This document shows, piece after piece, positions 1 to 10,435 of a stretch of DNA of 64,000 bases. Each line of letters opens with the position of its first letter. Within the stretch, counting starts at the first letter, position 1. The stretch spans positions 98,741 to 162,740 of the forward strand of contig CAVOXA010000007.1 of assembly GCA_963700285.1 (NCBI GenBank), written 5' to 3'. The DNA comes from an uncultured Chloroflexia bacterium (GTDB taxonomy: Bacteria; Chloroflexota; Anaerolineae; JAAYZQ01). The notes under the pieces were generated by a model that worked only from the letters and a program-made list of their open reading frames with translations, had not been told where the DNA came from and made no database searches. The position numbers and the translations under genes are program-made.

Positions 1-1935
1 GGCCGACATCTTGTCCGTGCCGCCCACCGCCGCCACCAGGTAGCCGCAGTTCAGGTAGCGATACCAGTCCGAGAGCGAGTAGGGGTCGATGCCGCCGTAC
101 AGGTTGCCCCAGGACGTCATCTCGACGGCATCGATGTCGCCGCTGACGATGCTGGCCGCGTGCTCGGCGCGCGGGTTGGGAAAGTGGGGCAGGACCACCA
201 GCGCCGCCCTGCTTCTTGCACTGCCGGGCCCACTCGGTCAGCAGGATCTCGATGGGGTCGCCCAGGGCCGACTCGTCCGGGCCGCCGGTCGTCATCGGCG
301 CGATGATCCTGCCGCTGTAGCCCAGCAGCGAGATGTGCCCCAGCACGTGCTGCCGGTTCTCGGTGCCCACGCGCACCAGGTATTCGCCGTCGCCGCCCGC
401 TTCCCGCGAGCCCCAGGTGGTGCTGGCCGTCGAAATCGCCCACGTTGGTCATCAGCTCGCCCCACTGGCTGGCCAGCAGGTTGACCACGTTCACGCCCTC
501 CGCCGCGCCTTCCAGCAGCGCCGACATCGGCGAGAGAAAGTGGACGTGGGTGTCGGCGGTGACCCAGCCCCGCTCGCGCCAGGGCAGCACCTTCTCGATC
601 TCGATCACGATCTCCTCGCGTGTCCGGCGTCACCTCGACCACCTTGCGCACGGGCCGGATCTCGAAGCCCTTGGAGACCTCGACGTACACCTTGCCCAGC
701 GGCAGGTCGATGCGTCGTCTCGCCCGGGATGTAGGTGCAGGCTGATGCGTATCGCCCAGGTGGTGCAAAAGTCGACGCTGTAGTCCTCGAACCAGGCCGG
801 GTTGAGGATGCGGTGGCGGTCCACCGGCGCCAGGTACTCGCCCCACTCGCCGTGGACGTGCAGCTTGACCGGCACCGGCTTGCCGCTGCCCTGCTCGACG
901 ACTCCGCAGCGTGACCCGCTGCGTGGCCGGCGGCACCGGACTGCAGAGGCGTGCTCCTGGTTGCGCGCCCTCGACCTGGGCCACCGGCACTACGCTGCCC
1001 GCCGGGCAGATGGAAACAGGCATCCGGGTGGGCCGTGTACTCGATCAGCACCTCGCTCTCAGACGGTCTCCGGGATCTGGTTGTTGTAGGTCGTCAGCCC
1101 ACGCGTCGTTGGGATAGACCAGGCGCGGCGTCGCCGAGATGACCTGGCCCATGTCGAGCTGGATCTGCTGCAGCAGCCCGTGCTCGTCCAGCTCGGGCTG
1201 GAAGGCCTCCCCGCGCGGCAGCGTCAGACAGGCCTTGCGGCGCGGCGCCAGCGCAGGGGCTGCGCCGACGCGTCGCCCGCCGAGATGCCAGACACGATCA
1301 CCGCGCCCGACACCGGCTCGAAGCGGACGCCGACGATGGCCTTCTCCGGGTGCGGATTCTCCCAGGCCCAGAGCCAGTTCACCCACGGCCCTCGCGTCCG
1401 CCGGCATAGCGCGCGTCTGGCTCCGCCCCCAGTCGGCGCTTGCCTGCTCGTGCGACGCCCGCACCGGGAAGGGCTTGTTGTGGGCGACCGCCTCGAAGGA
1501 GTTCTCGCCCCAGCGCCGCTGAAAGGCGCCGATCTGGAGGCGGCGCCGGATCGGCGCCCGCTCCTCCGTGCCATCCTCGTAGAGCACGACATAGTCGGCC
1601 GCGTGCTCGCCCAGCTGCCCCTGGCCGCGCATCGGCGAGAAGAAGCCATCGGGACCGGGCTCAAACGGTCGCAGATCTGAGGTGTGCATAAAGACCAGCC
1701 ACTGCGCCGTCACCGGCGGCAACTCGATGGCGATGGGCCGCTCCTTCAGGACAATCACGTCCTCCACCTGGAATGGAATGCCCCAACCGGTGCACTCGCC
1801 AGCCGGCGCGTGTTCCAGGGCGGCCGCCATCTCGGGCGACAGCCCTGCGCCAGCCAGGTCAGATAAGGCTACGTTGCCCTGAAAAGTCAGGGGGTGAAAA
1901 AGCGCTGTTCGAGGACCGTCCTGGACGCCAATCAT
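1..1935 (-). CDS. CehA/McbA-family (PHP-like) metallohydrolase, runs off the window edge, multiply frameshifted
   Basis: ATG at 1935 after AAGGAGG. Coherent peptides continue across ORFs 1045-1953, 605-1051, 630-875, 292-1023 and 117-608, including WVTADTHVHFLSP...VNVVNLLASQWG. Confidence 0.7.
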
Positions 1936-1969
1936 TGTTCCCTCCTTGCACAAGTATCAACTGCTTGCC

Positions 1970-1998
1970 AGTATAGCACTATCTCGGCTGGCAGACAA
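1970..1998 (-). promoter_or_regulatory. sigma70-type promoter for the gene starting at 1935
   Basis: Minus strand TTGTCT-17 bp-TATACT. Confidence 0.55.
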
Positions 1999-2332
1999 GA
2001 GCCGCGGATGACTCATTCGGGTGATTGTCAAACCCTATCTCCAACCGAACTGCCGGCCGCGGACGTGGTGCCATTCTGGCACCACACGCACTTCTCGCAA
2101 GGGAGAAGTGATGTTCCTCCGAAAGAGGACTCGAGATTAAGCGAGATCCGGCTTGTGGTATAATACCAATCTCGGATGGAGAGCTTCGGTACCTTGAAAG
2201 GCGTGCAGGAGTAATATCCTGAGCAAGCTCTGCTAGGCGGACCGAACCCAGACCGCAGTGTTTGCCTGACGGGAAGGGACGATGCGCCGGGACTGAGGAG
2301 CGCTGGCCAGGAGACCCAGAGAGGAGAATTCC

Positions 2333-2747
2333 TTGCTCAAACTGATTATTGGCCTGTTCATCGTGCTGCATGGCCTCGTTTACCTGGTGTACGTTGGACA
2401 AAGTTTGAGGCTCTTTGAGCTTCGACCCGGGATGGTTTGGCCTGACGGCTCGTGGGCGTTCTCCAAGCTTCTCGGCAGCCAGGCAACAAGGTGGCTGGCG
2501 GGCATTTGCTACGTACTGGCAGCCGCCGGGTTCGTGGTTGGTGGGCTGGGAATCGGGGGGGGTGCTGGGCCTGGCCTGGTGGCGCCCAATCGTCGTGGCT
2601 TCCGCCCTATTCTCTTCCCTGATCATAATCCTCTTCTGGAATGGAAAGCTGAAAAAGCTGAGTGATCAGGGCCTGTATGGCATCCTCATCAATGCTGCGA
2701 TACTAGTTGCCGTGCTTGTCTTTCGCTGGCCTGGCTCCGGGTTCTAG
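2333..2747 (+). CDS. small multi-pass membrane protein, frameshift in poly-G at ~2555-2562
   Basis: GAGGAG RBS and TTG start. Hydrophobic N-half (ORF 2333-2665) joins hydrophobic C-half (ORF 2415-2747) at a G run. Confidence 0.65.
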
Positions 2748-2807
2748 ATCCACGGTCAAAGATGCCCTACGGGGATCCTTGCCAAAGCCGACGCCCGGTC
2801 GCTGCTG

Positions 2808-3095
2808 GTGGTCCTAATGCAGATCGACCGCGTCTTCATGGGCGAGGTATTGGCCCGAGAAGGGGCAGCGCCGGCCGGCTTGGCCGGGGAACAGGTCCGC
2901 CGGGCGCTGGAGCCCCGGCACAGCGTAGAGGCCTCCGCCCACGACGGGGACCAGGCGCCAGCCGCCGTCGCCCGCTCCATCAAGGAAGCCTGGGATCTGT
3001 TGCGCGCGGATCGCCAGCAGGTGGAAAGCTCCCGCCGTGCAGTCGTCGAGGCCAGAGAGAAACTATGCCAGATCGTGCGCAAGATGTTCATATAA
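2808..3095 (+). pseudogene. possible remnant resembling the C-terminus of argininosuccinate lyase
   Basis: RRALEPRHSVEA...DQAPAAVARSI...LRADRQQV resembles the ArgH C-terminal helices. No N-terminal part is present. Confidence 0.35.
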
Positions 3096-3106
3096 TGGTC
3101 GCTGCT

Positions 3107-3148
3107 ATCTAGACTTCCGAAGGTTTCCGAAACTTCGGAAGTCTAGAT
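3107..3148. repeat. 16-bp perfect inverted repeat (REP-like hairpin)
   Basis: ATCTAGACTTCCGAAG-N10-CTTCGGAAGTCTAGAT. Confidence 0.85.
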
Positions 3149-3231
3149 CCAACTCCAGTAGACAGAATGGCCGCGGGATAGAGACAAGTGGCCCCGAGGA
3201 ACCGAATCCTCATACCTTGCCTATTCCCATC

Positions 3232-3260
3232 TTGCGGTTTCTCCCCGCTTCTGGTACAAT
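3232..3260 (+). promoter_or_regulatory. promoter, probably giving a leaderless mRNA
   Basis: TTGCGG-17 bp-TACAAT with TG extension. ATG lies 7 nt downstream and has no SD. Confidence 0.6.
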
Positions 3261-3267
3261 GGGCGGC

Positions 3268-4545
3268 ATGAAAGCAATCGTGACGATTCTCACATTCGCA
3301 TCTGCCCTCCTGAGTTTCGCGGCTCTCATCCGCCCCCCGGGTACGGCTCGGGCCCTGTTCTCCTGGCTGCCCAAGCTGCTGGGCGGCGCTTTGACGCCCA
3401 GCCTGGGCATCACGTCTGCTTTGGGCGCTCTGGTGGGAATCTCGCGTCGCGATCCCAAGCTGGTCGCCGCCGGGCTGCTGGGCGTAGGCCTGGCCGGCCG
3501 CCACGTTAAGGACGTGGCCGGGGCCCGTGGCAACTTTGCCGCAGCCTTTGGTCCCGGCTGGCAGGATCGGGTGCCTGTTGCCTGGCGGCAGCGTCTTGCC
3601 CACCGGCGTATCTCGCTGTGCGCCCCGCGGCCGGAGCCCACGATCTTTCAGTTTGACGTGCCCTACGGCCAGAACCCCGAGACCGGCGACGACTTGTTGG
3701 CCGACCTGTGGCAGCCCGCTGTCGGCACGCCGCGCACCGGCCTGGGCCTGATCTACGTCCACGGCGGTGGCTGGCGCATCGGCGACAAGGACGAGTGGAC
3801 GCGCCCCTTCTTCCGGCGCCTGGCGGGGCAGGGCCACGTAGCATTGGACATCGCCTATACCCTCTGGCCCCGGGCCGGGATCCCTGAGATGGTCTCCGAG
3901 GTCAAGCAGGCGGTGCTATGGATGAAGGGCCGCGGCGCGGACTATGGTGTCGATCCCGAACGCGTCGTGCTCATGGGTGGCTCGGCAGGTGGGCACCTGG
4001 CCTTGATGGCAGCCTATACCGCCGCCCATCCCGATCTGCCACCGCCTGTCGACGGCGCCGATACCTCGGTTCGGGGTGTGATTGCTTTTTACCCGCCCAC
4101 CGACTTGGCCGCGCTATACAGCGATCTGAACGGCGTCCGCCAGGCGTCGGGCTGGGTGGAGGAAACCGCTGAGGCTGCGCTGGACCGCATCTTCCAGCTT
4201 CACGCCGGGGACATTGATTTTGAGCTGCACACGCGGGATCTGTTACCCGCTATTCTGGGCGGCGCGCCGGACGAGGTCCCAGATGCCTACCGGTTGCTGT
4301 CGCCCAGCGGTCACGTTGGGCCGGACTGCCCGCCCACGCTCCTGCTTCAAGGTAGCGACGACATTTTTCAATTGGCGCCCGGTGTGCGCCGTCTGCATCA
4401 CGACCTCTGCAGCGCCGGTGTGCCCTGTGTCCTGGTCGAGTTTCCCCACACAGAACACGCCTTCGACCTGGTCTTGCCCCGCCTCTCGCCCGCCACCCAG
4501 GCCGCCACCTACGACATCGAGCGTTTCCTGGCTGTGCTGGCGTGA
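3268..4545 (+). CDS. membrane-anchored alpha/beta hydrolase (HSL/BD-FAE-like esterase)
   Basis: HGGGW oxyanion motif, GGSAGG nucleophile elbow, QGSDD acid and HAFD His. N-terminal hydrophobic helices. Confidence 0.9.
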   Translation: MKAIVTILTFASALLSFAALIRPPGTARALFSWLPKLLGGALTPSLGITSALGALVGISRRDPKLVAAGLLGVGLAGRHVKDVAGARGNFAAAFGPGWQDRVPVAWRQRLAHRRISLCAPRPEPTIFQFDVPYGQNPETGDDLLADLWQPAVGTPRTGLGLIYVHGGGWRIGDKDEWTRPFFRRLAGQGHVALDIAYTLWPRAGIPEMVSEVKQAVLWMKGRGADYGVDPERVVLMGGSAGGHLALMAAYTAAHPDLPPPVDGADTSVRGVIAFYPPTDLAALYSDLNGVRQASGWVEETAEAALDRIFQLHAGDIDFELHTRDLLPAILGGAPDEVPDAYRLLSPSGHVGPDCPPTLLLQGSDDIFQLAPGVRRLHHDLCSAGVPCVLVEFPHTEHAFDLVLPRLSPATQAATYDIERFLAVLA

Positions 4546-4573
4546 CATGGTGGTTTTGCGTATGAGCAGAAAA

Positions 4574-4606
4574 AGACCCGTCAGGTCTTCAAGGCCTGAC
4601 GGGTCT
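4574..4606. terminator. 12-bp inverted repeat between convergent genes (REP-like or bidirectional terminator)
   Basis: AGACCCGTCAGG-N9-CCTGACGGGTCT. Confidence 0.65.
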
Positions 4607-4637
4607 GGTCGTTGTTGCGGCCGAGCTGTGTGCAGTC

Positions 4638-5009
4638 CTATTCCTGTGGTACTGCCTGCATGACACCGATCCGGTTGCCGCCGGGATCGCCAAAGACCGC
4701 CATCCAACCGACGGTCGGGATCTCCATCTTGTCCAGAAAGATGGGAGCACCCAGTTCCTTTGCCCGCGCGATGGTCGCGTCGATGTCCGCTACATCGACA
4801 TAAACCAGGATGCTGCCGGGTTCGGCATTTGCTCGTTCATCGTTCGTGTCAGTAAAGCCCATGCCCACCTCGCCCTGCTCAAAGGCGGTCATGGTGTAGT
4901 TCATTTTTTCGTCGGTCACGATAGGCCAGCCGAACAGGTCCCCGTAGAACTTGGCCGAGGCGGGGACGTTGGTCGAGGCCGATTCAAACCACATGATTTT
5001 GTTGGACAT
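4638..5009 (-). CDS. VOC/glyoxalase-bleomycin resistance family protein
   Basis: IMWFE...FYGDLFGW...YVDVADID...DPGGNRIG, AGGAGG RBS. Confidence 0.9.
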   Translation of the reverse strand: MSNKIMWFESASTNVPASAKFYGDLFGWPIVTDEKMNYTMTAFEQGEVGMGFTDTNDERANAEPGSILVYVDVADIDATIARAKELGAPIFLDKMEIPTVGWMAVFGDPGGNRIGVMQAVPQE

Positions 5010-5159
5010 TTTTCCTCCTGTGTTGGGTACGCTGGAAATCAATCATCCTTAGCTCCATAGTATCATATCCAGGTTCCAGCGTCAATAGCCCTGCCATTAA
5101 TTCTTGGTTAAGATTGTCTGGTACCGGCACCCGTTTCGCCCTCTGCGCTCTCAAATCCT

Positions 5160-5329
5160 GTCAGTCTGACCGGAGCGCAGCGGAGTGAAGGATGACGGCT
5201 TCCCGAGGAGCGGGTTTCTGACACATAGAGTGGCGCCCCGCGCCATGGAACACTGGGTGATGGCGTCCCGAAGGCCGAGATACTGCCACTTGGAGTGGTG
5301 CCCTGCGCCATGGTTCACTCAGAATGATG
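5160..5329. repeat. degenerate GTCATTCTGA...TCAGAATGAC-type palindromic element
   Basis: Begins TGTCAGTCTGACCGGAGCGCAGCGGAG and ends TCAGAATGATG. Related half-copy at 28633-28668. Confidence 0.4.
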
Positions 5330-8300
5330 CGCTTCGTCGTGGCCTTTATGTTCGACCGAGGCGTCCATCGTTTCTAGTTCTTGCAGACGTTCCCGGGCAA
5401 TGGCCGCGTAGCGCGGCACGCCCATGTCCTGGAAGGCTTCCTCGCCTCGCGGAGCAGCTCTGCGGCCCGCTGCCGGTCGCCGGGCTGGCCGCGGGTGGCG
5501 TGGGCCTCGGCCCAGTCCAGGAGCCCGCGAGCCCGCCACCAACGCCCACCTGAGCGGACCAGGACCTCGCTGGACGCCCTGAAGAAATCCATCGCTGCGG
5601 CCCAATCCCCTGCTGCAGCAGCTACCTGCGCTGCAAAACGCAGCCGGTCGCTTTCAATGTGGGCAGGCACGGGCACCGCCTCAGCCTTCTTGTTGGCCTC
5701 GGCCAGCAGGCGCCTGGAATCGGCCAACCTGCCCTGTAGAAGGTACAAGGTACCCCACACAGCCCGAGTCACGATCGCGATTGCGTTCGACAATGAACGA
5801 TCAAACACCTCGGTGGCTTCGGCCAGGGCCGCCTCAGCTTCGACCCAGTCGTCTGCGTGAAGGCTAGACTCCCAGATGAGGGATTCCAAGATCGCCCAGC
5901 CCAACCAAGCTGCTGCTAGGGCCCGATCCCTCTCTGCACCTCGCTCACGCATCGAGGTCCGCAGTGCCCGAGCCTGTTGAGCACAGGCCGCCCAATGCCC
6001 AATATGCCCCAGGTAGCGGATCTCAGCCAGTTGAATTGCTGCGGCGGCTTTGGTGGGCTCGTTGAGGTCCTTCAACAGCAAATGGGCTCTGCCAAGGGTC
6101 TCCGCTGCCTTTTCGAATTCACCGGACTGGAGCAAGGCTGATGCCAGAAGGGCGAGTATGGCGCTCTCTGACGCGACGAGCCCAGCCTGCCTTGCCAGCT
6201 CTGCGCCCCGCCGGAAGTGTTCCTGCTCAGCATGGGGGTCGTCCTGCTGGAACCTAGAGCGAAAAGCTAGGTATGTGTGGGCTCGTTGGCCAGCGACTAG
6301 CAGCCCATTCTCCTCGGCCAACGCCACAGCCCTGGCTGTCACCGCCGTGGCGTCCTCGCCTGAAGTAGCAAAGATGCCCCAGGTTGTCAGAGCATGGACC
6401 AGAAGCTCTACGTCACCCAGCCGCTCGGCCATTTCCAGGGCTCGTTGGGCAAAAGGCTTGCCCTCTTTGCGCAAAGCGTGATCAGAGTAGGCGATTGCTG
6501 TCTCGTGTAGCAGAAGGGCGAGGCCAGGTCCGTCGGGTGCCTCACCGGCGCGAGCCAAACCTTGGAGGCAGAGCCTCAGGTACTCTGCCGAGTCATTTGC
6601 CTGGGAAGCAGCCCAACCCGAGCGGGCGTACAGGCGGGCGATGGCATCCGTGTCCTCCAGCGCCTGGTAGCGTTCGAGCCCGTCACGCCAGATGGCTATC
6701 GCCTCCTGAAAGCGATTTTGGCGGGCCAGCGTTTCACCCAGCTTGGAGAGGAGAGCCGCTTCCTCTGGGACTGAGGGTTCCAAGTCCAGCGCCCGCTGGT
6801 AGTGACTCTCAGCCTGCCGGCTGGCGTAGGCAGCCAGCGCTACGTCGCCGGCCAGAGTGAAGTACTTTTTCGCGTGGTCATGGTTGTGGGCCTCAGCATA
6901 GTGGTGCGCTAGCAGGACGGCGAGCTCCTCGAGCCGGCCTTGGTGCAGTTCTTCCAGAACCGCGGCAACCTCGCTGTGCAACTGCGCCCGTTCGCCCGTA
7001 CCGAGGCTGCTGTACAGATACTGCTGAAAAAGGGCGTGGCTGAAGCGATAGCGCGCCAGCCAGCGGCTGCCCTCACAGGAGACCGAGTGCTCGCGCACCA
7101 GGCGGTGGTGTGCCTCCAAGTCCCGGGACAGTAACTGCAATGCCTGCCTGTCGCTCAGCCCCTGCAACCCGGGCCACGACCTGGGCCGTAAAGGTCTCGC
7201 CCTCGACGCTGGCCACACGAAGAAAGTTCTGCAAATCTCTGTCGAGCCGCCCGATGCGGGCTTTGATGATGCCCTCCACCCGGGGCGGCAGCGAGGTCCA
7301 ATCGAGGGCAGGGGCCTCGACCCAGGCTCTGTCCTCGTCCTGGACCAGGTCCCCGCGTTCCTGCATGGCCCGCAGCAGCTCGACGGTGAAAAGGGGGTGG
7401 CCGTGTGTATGGGCAAGAAGGGCTGATTCGAAAACCCTCGCCGAGGCGATTGGGCTCGGCATCCAACAGGCTATCGACGAAACGGCGGTCTTCCGGTTCC
7501 TGGACCGCGGCAAGGTCCAGCAAGAGGTCGCCGTATTGGCGCTGCAACTCGGCCAACACTTGCTGCAGTAGGTGGGGCATGGTGCGGGGGTCGCGGGGGC
7601 TGGCCGGGCGGGGGACGACCTCTTCGGGCCGGTAGGCGCCGGCGATGAGGATGCGGCTGCCTGCGATGCGTCGTCCCAGGTGGAAGAGCAGGGCGGCCGA
7701 GGCAGCATCGACCCACTGCAGGTCGTCCAGCGCCAGCAGCAGGGGCTGGTCCCTGGCCAGGGCGCGCAGCAGGTTGGTGACCTGCTGGAAGAGGTCGGTC
7801 TCTTCAAGAACCTCGGCGGCGGTCTGGCTGCAGTCGATTCGGTCGCTCAACTGCTGGAGCCAGGGAGCTCCGTCTGGCGCAGCTAGCGCTGCTCTGTCCA
7901 GGAGGGCAAGACAGGGGATCAGGGCGGGGGCCAGGTGGGGGCCGTGGTCCACCAGGGCCTGGCAGGTCAGTGGCAGGGCAGTCCAGAGTCGCTGGGCGTG
8001 ATCGCGGGAGATGGCTCCGGCTGCATAGGCCGCTTCCACGTCGCCGGTGAGCATGGCCAGTACTTCGCGAAAGGGCAGGTAGGGGTCGCCCACGCCCGAG
8101 TAGGCGTTGCAGGAGCCAGAGGCGACCAGTAGATCGGGATGGGCTTCCATGGCTCGCCGGGCGAATTCGTCCAGCAGGGCGGTCTTGCCCCGGCCTGGCC
8201 CGCCGGTGACAAAGACGACGTTGCTCTGGCCGGCCAGCGCGGCCTCCAGCTTTTCCTCCAGCCAGGCCAACTCCTGCTCGCGGGCGACAAAGAGTGGGGG

Positions 8301-9143
8301 CGGCGCTTGCTCTCCCGCATCGATCAAGAAGGCCGGGAGCTGCGGGACCGCTTCAGGTGCCTGCGTTGGTACTGGCACCAGGCCCGGCTCGTCGAGCTCG
8401 CCATCGCGGATCTGCTTGTAGAGGCGCGTCGTTTCAGGCTCGGGTTCCACATCCAGCTCGTTAGCCAGAACCTGGCGGCAGGCTTCATACTGCGCCAGGG
8501 CGGCGGTACGTTGGCCGTCCAGGGCCAGCAAGCGGATGAGCAACCTCTGCGCATCTTCGCGCCAGGGATCTAGTTCAACATAACGCCAGGCATAGGGCAG
8601 CCCTTGTTGGTATGCCCCGCGAACCTGGTGTCGATGGGCGAGTTCCTGCAGGACCTCTCCGACGTAGCGGACGTACTGTTCTCGGGTGAGCAGCAGCCAT
8701 TCCTCAAAGGCCGGGCTGTCGGGCGTGGAGAAGCCCTCCAAAAAGGGACCCCTGTAGAGATCCACTGCACGTTCCAGTGCGGCGATTGGGGCTCTCGTGG
8801 CTGGCACCGCGGAAGAGACGTCATGCGCGTCAACCCAGCAATCGCTGTCACCGTTGAGATGGATGCTTTGGCGAGTGGTGAGCAGGTGGCGGGGTGAGGC
8901 AGCATGGTCGCCGATGGCCCGGCGGAGAATGCCCAGGGCGTTGCGCAGGCTGGCCCGGGCAGAGCGCTCCGGGTACTCGGGCCAAAGGAGTCCGGCCAGC
9001 GTCTCGCGGCGGTGGGGTCGGTCGGGGTTCATGACCAGGTAGGCCAGCAAGGCACGTACCTTGTCGGTGGCGAAGCCGGTGACGGTTTCTCCATCCAGGA
9101 TGACTTCAAAGGGGCCCAGGAGTCGGATCGATAGGCGTGCCAC
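5315..9143 (-). CDS. SARP-type regulator: wHTH + BTAD + AAA/STAND-like ATPase + TPR, three frameshifts (~7435, ~7165, ~5435)
   Basis: LSIRLLGPF, RETLAGLLWPE, LYRGPFLEG, DPWREDAQ (BTAD), GGPGRGKT Walker A, LALDDLQWVD Walker B, helical repeats. GTG start after GGAGG. Confidence 0.85.
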
Positions 9144-9414
9144 AGGTCCTCCCTGCTTCTTCAGCACCCACGCCGGCCCTCATCCAAACGACTCCCCTGT
9201 GCCCTGCGTGATGCTGTGGGGACATTGTACCTCTTTGGCGCTGGCGCGTCAAGCTCCGCTACAGCAGGGCGCCCATGATGTTTTGATTTTGTTCATGTAT
9301 TTCGCTCATTTTGCGGTTCCATTACTCTCTTGTTACGCCCGTCTGTTATACTGCCACCAACAAACAGATCGGGAGAGACTGACTCTTCCACAAATACAGG
9401 TAAGGAGGAAGATT

Positions 9415-9954
9415 GTGAACACGAGAAACAGAGTCCATCGATCCAGAATCAGAGGCCAAGATCAGTCCAGAGTTCGCCAGATGTTTCTGCTGTCTGTAAT
9501 CGCTCTGTCTGCGGTGGCGCTGGCCTTTCCTGCAGCGGCTGATGCCGATGTCACACGCCAGCACGACGAGGGGTACGGAACCGCCTGGTACGTGGACCCG
9601 GGTGAGTGGTTCGAGGCGACGCAGGATTCCGTCGCCCTGACCGGCAAGGCTCTGTCCAGCGACGACGAGGGATATGATACCGCCTGGTTCATAGACCCGG
9701 GCGAGTGGTACGAGACGACGGAGGCATCGGTCGCCCTGGCCAGCAAGGCTCTGTCCGGCCGAGAGAGGTACGAAACCGCCTGGTACGTGGACCCGAGTGA
9801 GTGGTCCGAGGCGACGCAGGATCCCGTCGCCCTGACCAGCACGGCTCTGTCCGGCCAAGAGAGGTACGGAACCGCCTGGTACGTGGACCCGGGTGAGTGG
9901 TCCGAGGCGGAAGAAGCCACCTTTGCCTTGGGTGAGACGTGTGAGCAGTGCTAG
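9415..9954 (+). CDS. putative secreted protein with four tandem 32-33 aa aromatic repeats
   Basis: AAGGAGG RBS then GTG, hydrophobic signal-like segment ending AAADA, repeats YxTAW(Y/F)(V/I)DP(G/S)EW, C-terminal CEQC. Confidence 0.75.
   Translation: MNTRNRVHRSRIRGQDQSRVRQMFLLSVIALSAVALAFPAAADADVTRQHDEGYGTAWYVDPGEWFEATQDSVALTGKALSSDDEGYDTAWFIDPGEWYETTEASVALASKALSGRERYETAWYVDPSEWSEATQDPVALTSTALSGQERYGTAWYVDPGEWSEAEEATFALGETCEQC
9571..9930 (+). repeat. in-frame tandem repeat, 4 units of 96-99 bp
   Basis: Units start at ~9571, 9670, 9766 and 9862. Differences preserve the reading frame. Confidence 0.9.
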
Positions 9955-10041
9955 GAGACCCGGCTCCCAAGGCAGTGCCAGGTGCCTATCATCTAGCAGC
10001 ATCCTGCTAAGGCACTAGATCGAGTGGCACGCAGTGAGATG

Positions 10042-10064
10042 GGTCCAGTCCCTGAGACTGGACC
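10042..10064 (+). terminator. hairpin after the repeat protein gene
   Basis: GGTCCAGTC-CCTGA-GACTGGACC followed by TATCTTCT. Confidence 0.45.
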
Positions 10065-10281
10065 TATCTTCTATGCGCCAATCGCGGCGGGAGGCCCAGA
10101 CCAGATTCCAACATACCAATGACAGGTGGTGCTCCTAGCCCTCGTCTCGAGGGCGATGCGCCTGAAATAGGCAGGGATCCGCACATTGGACTGTGCCAGA
10201 TGCCCCGAGACAGGGGCTGTGGGCGAGTTTGAGGGATCAGCCGCCACATGAGGTAGCCCTGAAGGCCCAGGCTCCATCCGC

Positions 10282-10310
10282 TTGACTGGGGATGTGCATC
10301 GTGATAGAAT
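10282..10310 (+). promoter_or_regulatory. sigma70-type promoter
   Basis: TTGACT-17 bp-TAGAAT. Confidence 0.65.
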
Positions 10311-10435
10311 GACCCTGCGCGACAAGGCATGTCGAGGCAGCATAGGTGCAGTGAGATGTTGGGCGGGGAGGGCGAGTATCGAGGCACTCCCGGGAGGAGG
10401 ACCCACTGGCTAACCGGGCAGATACGTCCAGAAGT

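Noticed and set aside
1979-2626. 215-aa minus-strand ORF
   Set aside because: Antisense to the membrane protein gene, runs into a promoter region and has no recognisable motif.
9571-9930. CRISPR or DGR template/variable repeat
   Set aside because: Repeats are in-frame coding units, differences are not adenine-specific, and no reverse transcriptase is present.
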